Positions 30,870-41,400 of a stretch of DNA of 64,000 nucleotides are shown here, piece by piece. A program made the position numbers and the translations under genes. Under the pieces are notes generated by a model. The model saw only the letters and a program-made list of their open reading frames with translations, made no database searches and was not told where the DNA came from. Source of the DNA: Planctomycetota bacterium (lineage in GTDB: Bacteria > Planctomycetota > UBA8108 > SXIK01); assembly GCA_965223265.1 (NCBI GenBank), contig OZ244999.1:2336001-2400000 (forward strand), in the 5' to 3' direction. The stretch's first letter is position 1, and every line of letters begins with the position of its first letter.

Positions 30870-32009
30870 TCAGCGTGCCTCGAGAGTCCACTTCGCCTGC
30901 CTTAGGACCGCCATCGGAGTGTCGGCCATCTTCTCATACCAGACGGTGACCAGCGATCCGTCGTCGAGCTGTACTGTGCTTGGGTAGCCGATGTCGCCGA
31001 CACCATCGCCGGAGAGAATGATGGGCTCCGACCAGGTGCGACCCTCGTCGTCGCTGATGCGGGCCTGGTTTCCCCTTGGCGGGCGGCGGTGGCCGTAACT
31101 CATCAGCAGACGACCGTCTTGTAGTTTCATCAAGTGAGAGGGGTACCCCCAAACGCCGATCGACCTCGGCGGCGACCAGGTGGCGCCACCGTCGTTCGAT
31201 TCCGATTGCAGCGTCTCGCCTTTGCGTTTTTCGTTGTGGTTGCGGATCTGAACGATGATGCGTCCTTCGGCGGCCTCGACGGCGTGCAGTTCGTGATAAT
31301 CCTTATAGCGGTCACCGTCGTGCTCCGGGATTTCCGCAAGCCAATTCCAACTCTTGCCGTCGTCGGTCGACTGACACACACCGATTCTTCCCCCACGCCA
31401 CAGGTCCTTTCCCGCGTAGAGTAGACGACCGTCGGAGAGCTGTACTGGACCGTGCGGACTGTTCACGAGTGAGTCGTAAGGCTCGGACCAGCTGATGCCG
31501 CCGTCTGTCGAACGAATCATCCACACCCCCAGCGCGTCCTTACGTTCCTTGGCTCCGACGCGAATGTGCGCGGCACGCCAGCGAGCGAGGCGCTCGGGAT
31601 CGTCCTGCGGCATGCGGTCTGTGTACGCAAGCGACGTGAACGTAGTCACGAGCAGAGCTCCCTGCGCAGTCTCTAAGACGCCCGCGTCGCGGTCGTCGAT
31701 CGGGCCATCGAGGACCGTGCGCGGCCAACTCCAGGTCTCGCCGCCATCCTTCGAACGCATCAGATCGACGCGGCCGAAGGGGCACACGTGCCCGTCACGG
31801 CCGCCGGAGCAAACGAGCAGCAGCTCACCGTCGTTTCGCCGCGCCAGCGTTGGCCAGCCGTGAAAGCGATGGGGGAGATGACTGATGACGTTTGTTTGTA
31901 TCTGTTTCGCCCGGGGTCCTGCTTTGGCACGACCGGTGCCGAACGCAACTCCAATTGCCGCGGCTCCGGTGCCGATCAACCAGTTGCGTCGATTCACTCG
32001 CGTGGACAT
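30870..32009 (-). CDS. Tat-exported BNR-repeat sialidase-like protein
   Basis: NRRNWL Tat signal, several S.DGG.TWS Asp-boxes and GYPS. Confidence 0.88.
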   Translation of the reverse strand: MSTRVNRRNWLIGTGAAAIGVAFGTGRAKAGPRAKQIQTNVISHLPHRFHGWPTLARRNDGELLLVCSGGRDGHVCPFGRVDLMRSKDGGETWSWPRTVLDGPIDDRDAGVLETAQGALLVTTFTSLAYTDRMPQDDPERLARWRAAHIRVGAKERKDALGVWMIRSTDGGISWSEPYDSLVNSPHGPVQLSDGRLLYAGKDLWRGGRIGVCQSTDDGKSWNWLAEIPEHDGDRYKDYHELHAVEAAEGRIIVQIRNHNEKRKGETLQSESNDGGATWSPPRSIGVWGYPSHLMKLQDGRLLMSYGHRRPPRGNQARISDDEGRTWSEPIILSGDGVGDIGYPSTVQLDDGSLVTVWYEKMADTPMAVLRQAKWTLEAR

Positions 32010-32102
32010 TTTCGCCTCCAGCTTGGTTGGTGACTTCGGGTTCGATTTGGGATTGCGGCCGTAAAGGGAAACGATAGGGTCTATATCCAACTGCAGCGTG
32101 GG

Positions 32103-35100
32103 TCAGAGCCCTGGGAGCCCGCGGCGCCGGCGGTGCCAGTCGGAGTGACCGTCGTGGCCGAAAGCGGCGGTCGAGGCCGAGACCGGATAGCAGGCTTCGA
32201 GGTTCGAATTGTCGAGGAAGGCGTCGAGGAGCTCAAGGTTTCCAAAGAGCGGCACGATCCAGCGAAGCGGCATCGTTCGTGCCATGTAGTTGGTTTCGTA
32301 GATCGCAATGCCGTCGACGCCTGCGGCCAGGAGGCCACGGGCCCGTTTGAGTCCCACCACGTGCGCCTTCACACCCAACGTCCAGGTCGCCCCGACGCCG
32401 CCGAGGACCGACACGCCGTGCTTCGCACCAAGCTCGACGTAGGGCCTCACGTCGTGGCTGCCCTCGCCGCCGCGCTCGTGGAGCGGGTCGAGCATGAGCT
32501 GATCGACGAGCCCCTCCTCGAGCCATTGACGGACGTCGAGCCCTTCGGCCATGTTGTAGAAGAAACCCGATGACGGGATACGCACGGCGACCGGAGTGGG
32601 CCGACCGGTCTTTTCGCGAATTGGTGCGAGCTCGGTTTTCAGGTCGCGCAGCAGCTGGGTGAAGTGATCGGCGCGCCACGTGATCCACCGCTTGTATTCA
32701 TCGAGCTGTGAGAGGCCGCGAAGCTGCCGCGGATCAACACCCGTCTCCTTGATGTACGCCTCGACCATCTTCGGGTGGTACCGAAGCATCGGAACCTGCC
32801 GGCACGTACCGATGAGGAGTCCGTCGGGGCTCTTTTTTGCGACCTCAAGAAAAATGTCCAACCGTTCGCGCCGCACCTCTGGGAAAAAGTATGACACGAC
32901 GCCGCCCGCCGGGTGCCCATCTTCCTGGTATCCATGCCACTGGGGATTCTCTTTGAAGAAACGCGACGCGAAGATGCCACCGTATGCATGCTCGCCGTAG
33001 TGACGGTTCATCGAGAGCCAGGGCCAGATCGTCGCTCCGAGCCGCGTGCGCTCACTCAGGACACGCTCCAGAGGCCGGAATTGGTTGACCATTGTGGCGC
33101 GGCCTGCGTAATCGAGCGCGTGCGGCCACTTCTTCGCCGCCTCTTTCAAGGGTACGGCAGGAAAATAGGTGACGCCGGGGAGTTCGCTTCGGTACTCGAT
33201 CCACGACCTGCCGAGCGACCAGTTGAGGTGGCGAAGGCCGACCTCGGTCTGGCCACCCACGAGGACGTCCAATTGGTCGGCATTGAGCCGACACGGACCA
33301 TGGAAGTAGTCGCACCAGTCGTTGATGCCAAAGAGTGGGCGCGGTGGATCCGAGGTCTTGCGATAGAATGCCTTCACGCTTTCAGCAGTCACGGGCATGA
33401 AGTGCAGCTCGCGAAGCCCGCTGCGCGGCTCGTTCCAGGGATCGTAGGCATAGATCGCGACGCTCTCGCGCGTGAGGTCCGCCGCCACGACGAAGAGAGG
33501 AGGGTGCGTCGCCGGCCTCGGCGTCGTGTAACTGAAATCCCGAGAAAGCACCGAACGCACGAGGCCATCGCCACGGACCTTCAGGAGGCAGCCGTCCGCG
33601 GCGGGCCGCGCAAAGACGGCGTAGTGGCCCCCAAGGCGCGGCCGCAGGACCAGAGGCTCCGGATCTGCGCCAGCCGGGGCGTAGAGGGCACGTCCCTCCC
33701 TTGAGCTCGTGATCTTCCAGCCGGCGGGCAGCCCGTCGGACCATTCGCTCGCGGCCTTGTCGAAGTCCCGGATCTCGAGGAGTTCTCGGCTCGGGTCGCG
33801 CTCGAGCGACCAGGGCGCGAGATGGCTGATCTTGAGCTTGTTCCCGTCCGGCAAACGTCGGCGATAAACGATCGCAGGGCCATCGTCGAAGACTTGTTCC
33901 TCGTTCCCTTGATAGGGCGTCAGGATGGGGGCGAGAGAGATGCGGTAGTCCCCGGCGGGCCAGTCTCGTGGATCGATCGCTGTTTCGGTCCAGTCACCGG
34001 GCGTCTTCAGTTCCAAGCGCGTCTTGAAACGCGTTTCTCCGTCCGCAGCGCGAACCTCGAGCTCACACGACAGCGGCTCATGATAGAGCTTTGGCGTCAC
34101 ACCGGGCGTTAGTCTCGAGAGCACCCGGAGCGCGTCCGGATCTTCCAGGATCGTTTCAGAAAGTCTGACGACAAGTGCCGGCTCGACACCGTACGCGGGG
34201 TTATAAACTTGCCTCACCGGCTCTCCCGCCACGAGCCGCTCTGGGCTCATCGCCATGTGCGTGTGCTGATGAGGCCTCATGACGCGGATGCGCGATTCAC
34301 CCTGTTCCACGAAACGTTCGGGTGTGAGCGCGTCCTTGGAAAGCGACTGGTAGAAGGACTGGCGATCCATCAAGTCGCCGCTTTCCGCATCAAGGATCCG
34401 GATGTCGAGCCGGTAGCCGCGATAGAGTACCTCCCCGGCCTCAAAGTCATAGACGGGGGGCACGGCGAGGGGGCCGAGAGTGAAGAATGCCTTCCCGGCT
34501 CGCGTGACAGCTCGTTCGAACACCGCCTCGCGGCCGTCGGGTGCAGTCTTGCGTATCTTCAGCTCGACCTCGTCACCCTTGATGCGATGCCACTGGAGGC
34601 GAAACTCGAGCACGTTGGCTCGACAGGGATAGAACGGCAGTTCGGTCTCGTCGCCCGGAAACTCGCGACCATTCAGGATGAGTAAGAACGCACGCTCACC
34701 TTCGCCCGCTTTTGCAGAGGAGAGGGTCGGAGGAGGTGCGATAGCGGCTTTTCCTTCGAGGACTTCGCGGGAGATGGAAACGACTTTCAGGCGGTTAAGC
34801 CTGCCGATCTTTTCATTGCCGGCGCAGTACGAGAGGAGCACGCGGTCGGCGAGGAAGCTCATTGAAGTGTAGCAGTACCAGCCGCGCTGATTGCGTTCGA
34901 CGGCGCGCGAGGGTTCCCAGGTCTTGCCCTCGTCTCGACTGATGGCGACGCACAGCGGTGTCCGTTTTCCCCGGCGGAAGGGATGGCGGCCGGTGTGATC
35001 GTTCCACACGCAGACAAGATCGCCCGACCACGGGAGTCGCTCGATAGTCGCTGGGCTTACGGGAGAAGCGAGGCCTGAAGGGGTCGGTTTCGTCCAAGTG

Positions 35101-35882
35101 TCTCCGCGGTCGCTCGAGTAGCAGACGTACTGGCTGCCCGCGTTCGTTCGCATGAACATTAGGAGTCGTCCGTCTTTGAGCTCGATGACGCCAGGCTCCT
35201 GCGCCGTCACACGCTCACCCGCCGGGCTGAACACCTTGAAGCGGTCTTTGCTCGCGCGCCAGGTCTTTCCCGCATCGTCCGAGAAATAGCAAAGGATCGT
35301 CCCAGCCCAGTCAGGCTTCTCCTGGCCGGGAGTGTTGTGGAGCGCCAGCGGCAATATGATGCGTCCACCTGAGAGCTCGACGGCACGGTCGTTGTTGAGA
35401 ACGAAATAGCCGACCTCGTCCGGCACGCAGAGTGTCGCCTCGTTCCAAGTCCTGGCCTCGTCTTTGGAGACGCGCATCATCGGCCGGCAATCTTCAAGCG
35501 AGTTTTTGTAGAGATAGAAGAGTGCGATCGTGCCGTTCTTCAGCCGCAGTAAGGACACGCTCATGACATTCATGCCGGCATCGCCTTCAACGACGATGTG
35601 GTCGTCACTCCACGTTCGGCCGCCGTCGGCCGAGATGCGCATGGCGAGATCGGCGGGCGAGTCATCGCGCGTGCCCGCGCCGCGCGCGCGTTTTGATGCT
35701 TTCCCGTTGTAACGTGAGTAAATCAGGCAGAGTCGCCCATCGCGAAGCTGGATGAGATCTCCTTCGGAGTTTCGCGGCTGCAGGTCGGTCGGTTCGATCG
35801 TCAGGAGCGTTTCGACGTCGGCATGAACGTCGGCCTCGATCGCGATCAGGGCGAACGCCGAGAAACAGAGACGGCGGAACAT
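32103..35882 (-). CDS. Secreted fusion: BNR sialidase-like domain + middle domains + C-terminal TIM-barrel glycoside-hydrolase-like domain
   Basis: PRNSEGD, Asp-boxes, QEPGVIEL and YCYTS in the first ~370 aa. The C-terminal SMNRH..FFKENPQW..SYFFPEVR..DG resembles GHL10-like barrels. Confidence 0.8.
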   Translation of the reverse strand: MFRRLCFSAFALIAIEADVHADVETLLTIEPTDLQPRNSEGDLIQLRDGRLCLIYSRYNGKASKRARGAGTRDDSPADLAMRISADGGRTWSDDHIVVEGDAGMNVMSVSLLRLKNGTIALFYLYKNSLEDCRPMMRVSKDEARTWNEATLCVPDEVGYFVLNNDRAVELSGGRIILPLALHNTPGQEKPDWAGTILCYFSDDAGKTWRASKDRFKVFSPAGERVTAQEPGVIELKDGRLLMFMRTNAGSQYVCYSSDRGDTWTKPTPSGLASPVSPATIERLPWSGDLVCVWNDHTGRHPFRRGKRTPLCVAISRDEGKTWEPSRAVERNQRGWYCYTSMSFLADRVLLSYCAGNEKIGRLNRLKVVSISREVLEGKAAIAPPPTLSSAKAGEGERAFLLILNGREFPGDETELPFYPCRANVLEFRLQWHRIKGDEVELKIRKTAPDGREAVFERAVTRAGKAFFTLGPLAVPPVYDFEAGEVLYRGYRLDIRILDAESGDLMDRQSFYQSLSKDALTPERFVEQGESRIRVMRPHQHTHMAMSPERLVAGEPVRQVYNPAYGVEPALVVRLSETILEDPDALRVLSRLTPGVTPKLYHEPLSCELEVRAADGETRFKTRLELKTPGDWTETAIDPRDWPAGDYRISLAPILTPYQGNEEQVFDDGPAIVYRRRLPDGNKLKISHLAPWSLERDPSRELLEIRDFDKAASEWSDGLPAGWKITSSREGRALYAPAGADPEPLVLRPRLGGHYAVFARPAADGCLLKVRGDGLVRSVLSRDFSYTTPRPATHPPLFVVAADLTRESVAIYAYDPWNEPRSGLRELHFMPVTAESVKAFYRKTSDPPRPLFGINDWCDYFHGPCRLNADQLDVLVGGQTEVGLRHLNWSLGRSWIEYRSELPGVTYFPAVPLKEAAKKWPHALDYAGRATMVNQFRPLERVLSERTRLGATIWPWLSMNRHYGEHAYGGIFASRFFKENPQWHGYQEDGHPAGGVVSYFFPEVRRERLDIFLEVAKKSPDGLLIGTCRQVPMLRYHPKMVEAYIKETGVDPRQLRGLSQLDEYKRWITWRADHFTQLLRDLKTELAPIREKTGRPTPVAVRIPSSGFFYNMAEGLDVRQWLEEGLVDQLMLDPLHERGGEGSHDVRPYVELGAKHGVSVLGGVGATWTLGVKAHVVGLKRARGLLAAGVDGIAIYETNYMARTMPLRWIVPLFGNLELLDAFLDNSNLEACYPVSASTAAFGHDGHSDWHRRRRGLPGL

Positions 35883-36082
35883 GGATGCATCCTCCTGAAA
35901 AGATTCCAGCGCCTCGTCAACAAAGAGTGGCGCGCAGGAACGGAGACGAGAGCGTCAGGAGCGGCTCCAGCGCCGCTCATGGTGAGTCGTTAGGGTTTCA
36001 AGCAGTCTGTCCGAGGGAGAGATGGTTGTCCGCCCGATCGCCAGCGCTGGAGGCTTGATCGAGCGGGGGCTATGATGCCCAG

Positions 36083-36545
36083 ATGCAGAGTGGATATCGA
36101 CCCGAACGCAGGAATCGAAACATCGGAACTCCGATTCGGGGGCACGGCTCCGACAACCGGATGGTCATTCCGTCATGGCACCAGGATCGAGTGTTCTACG
36201 AGGTCGTGAGCGACCCTCGTCACGTTCCGATCGACCTCAGTGTGCGACAGCTTGACGTTCTCGTACAACCGACGCGGCAAGGATTCGTTCATCCCTGCAC
36301 TCCCCAGGACCTCTCGGAGGTGCTCCGTCACATTCCGGTTTTCGATCTTCGAGACCTCTCCACGATCGTACTGCGGCAACCGACGCGAAAGCAGGCGGCG
36401 CTGAGTTCGGTGTGGGGGCGCCTCGTCTATTCCGCGAATCTCGGGCGCTTTTCGGTTCAACCGTAGTGTTGGGGGCGCAGTGCCTGTCCACGACGTTTCG
36501 GTGGAAGAGGTCCTTGACGCCGGAACTCACGAGAGAGTTGGGGGC
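36083..36545 (+). pseudogene. Frameshifted and truncated conserved hypothetical protein
   Basis: RRNRNIGT..GHG.DNR..IP...HPCT...LRQPTRKQ..L..VWGRL reads like a conserved protein. It continues in another frame (GSTVVLGAQ..W..SL.PE) after ~36452 and then breaks off. Confidence 0.55.
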
Positions 36546-36947
36546 GTCGGCGCAGCGCGCCAAAGCCAAAGCTGCAGCGCGCAAGGTGCGAGGGAACTAG
36601 GGTTTCAATGGAGAAAGACGAAGCGCTCGCCTACCAGATTCTTCGCCGTGTGCTCTCTGAGTGCAGGACTGAGAGTGAGCTCCGGGCGTGGTTTAAGAGC
36701 GAAGAGTGCGAGCGCTTCGTGAGGCCGGTGTTTCTTCGCGAGCTTGGGCGTGAGCTTCCCCGCGAGCTCGGCGGAGAGAGCAGTGCGTTCGAAATTGACT
36801 CGCTCTGAGCGCGCCGCGTCATCTCATTGCGTAGTCTGATAAGCGTACAAAAAGGTCCGGGGGTTTTTTTTTGCGCTTCGCTTCTGGGGTCGTTAAGTTC
36901 ATCGCATAGTGAGGATTCGAGGAAGAAGGAAACCGTCACTAAGGGCA

Positions 36948-36987
36948 AAGAGCGAAGAAGTGAGCGGCTTAGGGTCTTCGCGGCGGG
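36948..36987 (+). repeat. 40-bp direct repeat, left copy
   Basis: AAGAGCGAAGAAGTGAGCGGCTTAGGGTCTTCGCGGCGGG. The right copy reconstructs from 38692-38715 plus 40334-40348 (one indel, one mismatch). Confidence 0.8.
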
Positions 36988-37222
36988 CAACGTGATTGTT
37001 GGGTTCTATCGATCTGCGTTCTTGCGGGCACGCAAGAGCTTTCGCAGTTGACGAGCGATTCGAAGCGAGTTGTGCGAGGCTACTTTCGCACTGGTGGCTG
37101 TCGCCTGATGCGTAAAGCAAGAAGCGCTCCACGGCACTTCGTACTTGCGTGGTTCGTTCACTCTTGCTTGCAGTGTTTCTCTATCGCGTCGTTGTTCTTG
37201 TTGGGTACGAAATCGGGGAAGT

Positions 37223-38671
37223 ATGAAAATGAAACGACAAACGGTGATCGCGATCGGACTGGTGGTGCTTCTTTCGCACGCTGTCCATGCCGATGGTTTT
37301 GTCTTTGCAGATCCGGTGCTCTATCCGCTCGGACCGAACGGAACCGCACCGCACCGAATGGCCTCGGGCGATCTGGATAACGACGGAAATCCAGATCTGG
37401 CGATAGGAAACAGCGGTGGTGGTCGGATTACAGTTTTGTGGAACGACGGCGCGGGAAGATTTACTGATCCACCGGCCGAGCTGAATGCGGCAATTCCAGA
37501 AGTGCGTCCAGTAGCAATTGGCGACATCGATAACGATGGAGACAACGATATCGTCACCGTGGGCAACGTCGCTACGGTCGTTGCGTTTCGAAACAACGGG
37601 AGTAGATCGTTCACTCGTCGGGCGAGCTCGATTGTGACTGGCCCAAACACTCCACACTCCATCGCCATCGGCAAGCTAGATGGAAATGCGCTCCCGGACA
37701 TTGTCATCGGCTCCCAGAGCGGTGTGCTAGTGTGCTTCGGAATCGGCGGTCAGCGGTTCGGCCCAGCGGTGTCTGAGTTCACCGGAAGGGCAGACTACGT
37801 GAGTCTCGCTGACGTCGATGGCGCGAATGGCCTCGACATCGCAATCGGTAGCCCGTTCTTTCTATCGACGGCTGAACCGCAGTTGTTGAAGAACAACGGT
37901 CAAGGAGGTTTCGCGGCGGCGGTGGATTTGTTTCCTTGGCCGGACAACGACGTCAATAATCGTGGTACCGGCCACGTGGCTTTCCTATTCACCGGTATGA
38001 CGGTCGATAAAGCCGCGGTCGGGAGCTTCGGGGGTGGAAACACGATTCGTATTTCGAATGTAGCGAGTCCTTTCAACCCTGACGATGTCACTGTCGCTGC
38101 GACGGTCAACCTCGAGGGACTCGTCGCCGCCGACCTCGATGATGACGGCGATATGGACCTGGCAAGTAACTCATTCGCCGGCGGAACTGCTCGCGTCTTT
38201 ATCGCCGAAAACGAAGGGGGAAACGCCTTTGCCGACACTGCCTGTGAAGTGACCTTGGGGGCGGGAGCTAGTTTCCCGCACTGGGTCGTTGCCGACGACT
38301 TCAATGGTGACGGTCAAGCGGACCTTGCGATCCCCAATCGGACCTCAGACAACGTGTCGGTACTACTCAACTGCGCCGGCAATCCCGCGGGGGAATGTGA
38401 AGCGTTTAGGAGGGGGGACGCGAACGCTGACGGCACTGTGAACGTTGCGGATCCAAACTTCATCCTCAATTTTCTTTTTCAAAATGGGCCACCGCCTCCT
38501 TGCCGTGAGGCGGCTGACGCTAACGGCAGCGGCTCTGTCGATATTGCAGATCCAACCTTTCTCCTGGGCTGGCTTTTTCAAAATACCGGCGTTCCTCCAC
38601 CCGCTCCCGGTCCCTCACAGTGCGGGTTCTTTAATGGTGGGTTGGGCTGCGCCACCTACAACTCGTGTTAA
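37223..38671 (+). CDS. Secreted FG-GAP/VCBS-repeat protein with a C-terminal dockerin
   Basis: Signal peptide, repeated GD.D.DG..D.A loops, C-terminal FRRGDANADGTVNVAD / ADANGSGSVDIAD. Confidence 0.88.
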   Translation: MKMKRQTVIAIGLVVLLSHAVHADGFVFADPVLYPLGPNGTAPHRMASGDLDNDGNPDLAIGNSGGGRITVLWNDGAGRFTDPPAELNAAIPEVRPVAIGDIDNDGDNDIVTVGNVATVVAFRNNGSRSFTRRASSIVTGPNTPHSIAIGKLDGNALPDIVIGSQSGVLVCFGIGGQRFGPAVSEFTGRADYVSLADVDGANGLDIAIGSPFFLSTAEPQLLKNNGQGGFAAAVDLFPWPDNDVNNRGTGHVAFLFTGMTVDKAAVGSFGGGNTIRISNVASPFNPDDVTVAATVNLEGLVAADLDDDGDMDLASNSFAGGTARVFIAENEGGNAFADTACEVTLGAGASFPHWVVADDFNGDGQADLAIPNRTSDNVSVLLNCAGNPAGECEAFRRGDANADGTVNVADPNFILNFLFQNGPPPPCREAADANGSGSVDIADPTFLLGWLFQNTGVPPPAPGPSQCGFFNGGLGCATYNSC

Positions 38672-38716
38672 CACGATTCCAAACAACGGTGAAGAGCGAA
38701 GAAGGAGAGGCTTAGC

Positions 38717-40165
38717 CTCGAGTTTGGCCATGGATTCTGGTCATGCAACGAGCCCCAATGCTGCGAACGCAGCCTGAAGGGTCTTTTGTCGCCCCCGAAC
38801 AGAAGCCGGGGTGCGTCGAAAGTGCTCGTGGAGTGATTCGGCTCGTAGCGTATCGACCATATCTTTAAACGAAGCAAAGCACTTACGTTCATACCAAGGG
38901 CGATTTGGGAATCGACATTTCTTATGACCGTGGGCGTTGAACCAAAGAATCACCATGCTGTACAACAACGCACCGAAAGGCGCCGTGCGTTGCACGGCTT
39001 CGACGGTTCGATTCTGTGGATCTTCAAAGCCGAAGTGCCCCTTGGCGTTTTCGAATGCGACCTCGATGCTCCATCGTCGCGAGTAGGTCTGAAGAATGGT
39101 CGTTGCGGACGCCTTGGTGTCGGTGGAATAGAACGCTTCGTCTTTGTTCACACCACGAGGGTCGCGCACCACGACGACCTTGATGGGGCGGTAGTCGCTC
39201 TTGAGCCAGAGGCCTTCGGTCTCTTTGACGAGAACGCGACGCTTCGCCCCGTAGAGTCGAAGATTCAGCTTTTTCCATGGCCTTCTCGAAGACGCGATCT
39301 GTTTAGGACTCGGCAGACGCTTTCCTCTTCGCCGTGGACGCCCCGTACCCGCATAGCGCCGTGGCGGCGGAGCAAAGAGCGCGGCATCCATGACGATGCG
39401 GCTGGTGAGGTGAAACCGCTCGGGAAGATTTCTCAACACCGAACCACCGCCATACGCCGAATCGCCAACCAGCAGGAAACGCCTATTTGGGTGCCATTTG
39501 GCGATCATCTCGAGCATCTCCACTGCGAGCTCGGGACGTGTGCGATAGACGGTCTCTTCACGCCACCGCTGGCTCTTCGGTCTCGTCTTGGTGACGTAGA
39601 GTCGAAACGCGATCGGAAGACACCACGAGATTCCACGCGCGAACGGGAACTCGACGATCACGCCGACGACCACCCAGTTGTGGCCCCAGCTCAGTCTCGC
39701 GAGCTTACGAGTCGACGCCAAAGCATCACGGTGCATACCACTGCCGAAGATGTGCTGCCCGCCTTTTTTGCAAAGCGTGTCGTCGACGACGAGGCGGACA
39801 ACTCCACCCGGTGGAATCAGACGCAGCGCGAGCGACAGTACCAAGCGGCCAACTTCGTCGATCGACCACTGTGCGCGATTGAAAAATCGATGGAACGTCG
39901 AGTAGCTTTTCAGTTCTACCACACCTACACGCTGAATGAGCTCGGTAACCGTCCTTCGTCGCGTGCTCAGGACCCAGCCACCGGCGAGCAACTGGAAGTT
40001 CTCAAAACTCGACGGCGTCATCAGTGGAGCAAAGCTGGCCAAGAGGGACAGAAACGACGATACTGGAGACACTCTTCACCTCCGTCCGATAATAGTGTTT
40101 TGCAACTTCGTTATCGGTAGCGGAGGTGTCTTTCTTTACCGGCCTATTCCATGGCCAAACTCGAG
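38717..40165 (-). mobile_element. IS701-like insertion sequence, copy B
   Basis: Same TIRs, length and translated transposase as copy A; 5-bp TSD TTAGC (38712-38716 and 40166-40170). Confidence 0.92.
38741..40072 (-). CDS. DDE transposase (IS701-like)
   Basis: Protein identical to 24141-25472. Confidence 0.92.
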   Translation of the reverse strand: MSPVSSFLSLLASFAPLMTPSSFENFQLLAGGWVLSTRRRTVTELIQRVGVVELKSYSTFHRFFNRAQWSIDEVGRLVLSLALRLIPPGGVVRLVVDDTLCKKGGQHIFGSGMHRDALASTRKLARLSWGHNWVVVGVIVEFPFARGISWCLPIAFRLYVTKTRPKSQRWREETVYRTRPELAVEMLEMIAKWHPNRRFLLVGDSAYGGGSVLRNLPERFHLTSRIVMDAALFAPPPRRYAGTGRPRRRGKRLPSPKQIASSRRPWKKLNLRLYGAKRRVLVKETEGLWLKSDYRPIKVVVVRDPRGVNKDEAFYSTDTKASATTILQTYSRRWSIEVAFENAKGHFGFEDPQNRTVEAVQRTAPFGALLYSMVILWFNAHGHKKCRFPNRPWYERKCFASFKDMVDTLRAESLHEHFRRTPASVRGRQKTLQAAFAALGLVA

Positions 40166-40169
40166 TTAG

Positions 40170-40329
40170 CAGCCTGTTGAAAAAGTGCTTCGAGCCGAAA
40201 ACTGGTCTCTTCGCGTCCAGATCGGCTGCGGCAAACGGAGGCAATCTTCGGGATTTTCGAGTATTGACGCGGTCGAGCTGGGCGTGAAGAGGCCAGTTTC
40301 TTCGGCCGAATGACTTTTTCAACGGGCTG
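40170..40329 (-). mobile_element. MITE, copy 6 (160 bp)
   Basis: Reverse-oriented copy; TTAG duplicated at 40166-40169 and 40330-40333. Confidence 0.92.
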
Positions 40330-40348
40330 TTAGGGTCTTCGCGGCGGG

Positions 40349-40547
40349 ATCACCGTCGAGGACACCGAGCGCTTCGTGGACTACTGCCGAAAGCCGACGG
40401 ACTTCCCGGCGATCGTGGAGCGGCTCACGAAGCTGTGGCAGGCAAAGCACCCGAAGCGAAAGGTGGGCGCCGTCCACTTCAAGCCGAGATCCCCCGGAGC
40501 GATCAACAAGCACCTCGACCGGCTGACCGAGTTCTTCCGGTTTGCCA
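40349..40547 (+). pseudogene. Probable tyrosine-integrase core-binding domain fragment
   Basis: ITVEDTERFVDY...SPGAINKHLDRLTEFFRFA resembles phage-integrase SAM-like helices; a paralogous fragment lies at 46970-47165. Confidence 0.55.
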
Positions 40548-41174
40548 TCAATCTCGACAGAGAAGGACGACTCGAAGAGGCCCTCGAAACCCTCGACACC
40601 ATCGGAGACGACGACGAACAGATCGCCCTGCGTGCCAAGGTCGCAAGGCTCGGCACGCTGAACAAGCTCGGGCGCTACGACGCTACGAAGCGCCTTGCCG
40701 AGGAGCTGCTGCTCGGTCTTCCCGAGGATGCGCCGGACGACCAGGTGGCCGCCGCTCACGCCAAGAATGGCGTCGCGCTCTGGAACGATACGCAAGACGC
40801 TGAATCCGCTCTCGCCTGTGCCTGGACGGCCTTCGAGCACAGGAAGGACGAACCAACGGCACTCTGGCTGCGTCCGGGAAATCGACGGGGAGGTTTCCGA
40901 GTCCGCCAGATACCTGAGGATCTTGGTCGAAGGAAAGTGGGCGTGGGATGATGACGATGGCCCGCTGGGCGTCTACACGTCCTACGACGTTGTGGCAGAC
41001 AGCGTCGAGGAAGGATTGAGGTTGCTGAAACGTTTCGAGCCCCAGGAAGTCCGAGACAGCGTTCGAGTAGAAGGCTGTGAGGATATCGAAGCTCGGCCCG
41101 ACGAGCCCAAGGGCGTGTATCGGGTCACGGGCTACAACCTGTTCCCACTCGAAGGGGACGACGAGAGTGGCTGA
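40548..41174 (+). pseudogene. C-terminal part of a TPR protein, frameshifted near 40870
   Basis: TPR-like helices (GRLEEALETL, LGRYDAT) continue in a second frame (VREIDGEVS...KGVYRVTGY). It has no start codon of its own. Confidence 0.5.
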
Positions 41175-41400
41175 TAGACCCTTGTTTTTGCGAGCCCCAA
41201 ACCGGCCAAAATACCGAGACGACCCTGGACTCGTGCAAGGCCATTCGGAGGCGCTGGCGGCGCAGCAACGTCTGGTACGCGAAGCGTCAAGAATATCCGG
41301 CGCGACAGAGTGATCGTTTGCCGGACCGCGATAGGGGAGCTACAGTTACCCTCTTGGCGCACATGTAGCGCGCGTAACATCGTCTTCGGTTCGTCTATAT

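Noticed and set aside
36948-38715. Integron attC cassette interpretation of the direct repeats
   Set aside because: No convincing RYYYAAC...GTTRRRY palindromic attC structure and no intI in the window.
23954-40329. Composite transposon formed by the two IS701-like copies
   Set aside because: Each copy has its own matching TSD (GCTAG and TTAGC), showing independent insertions.
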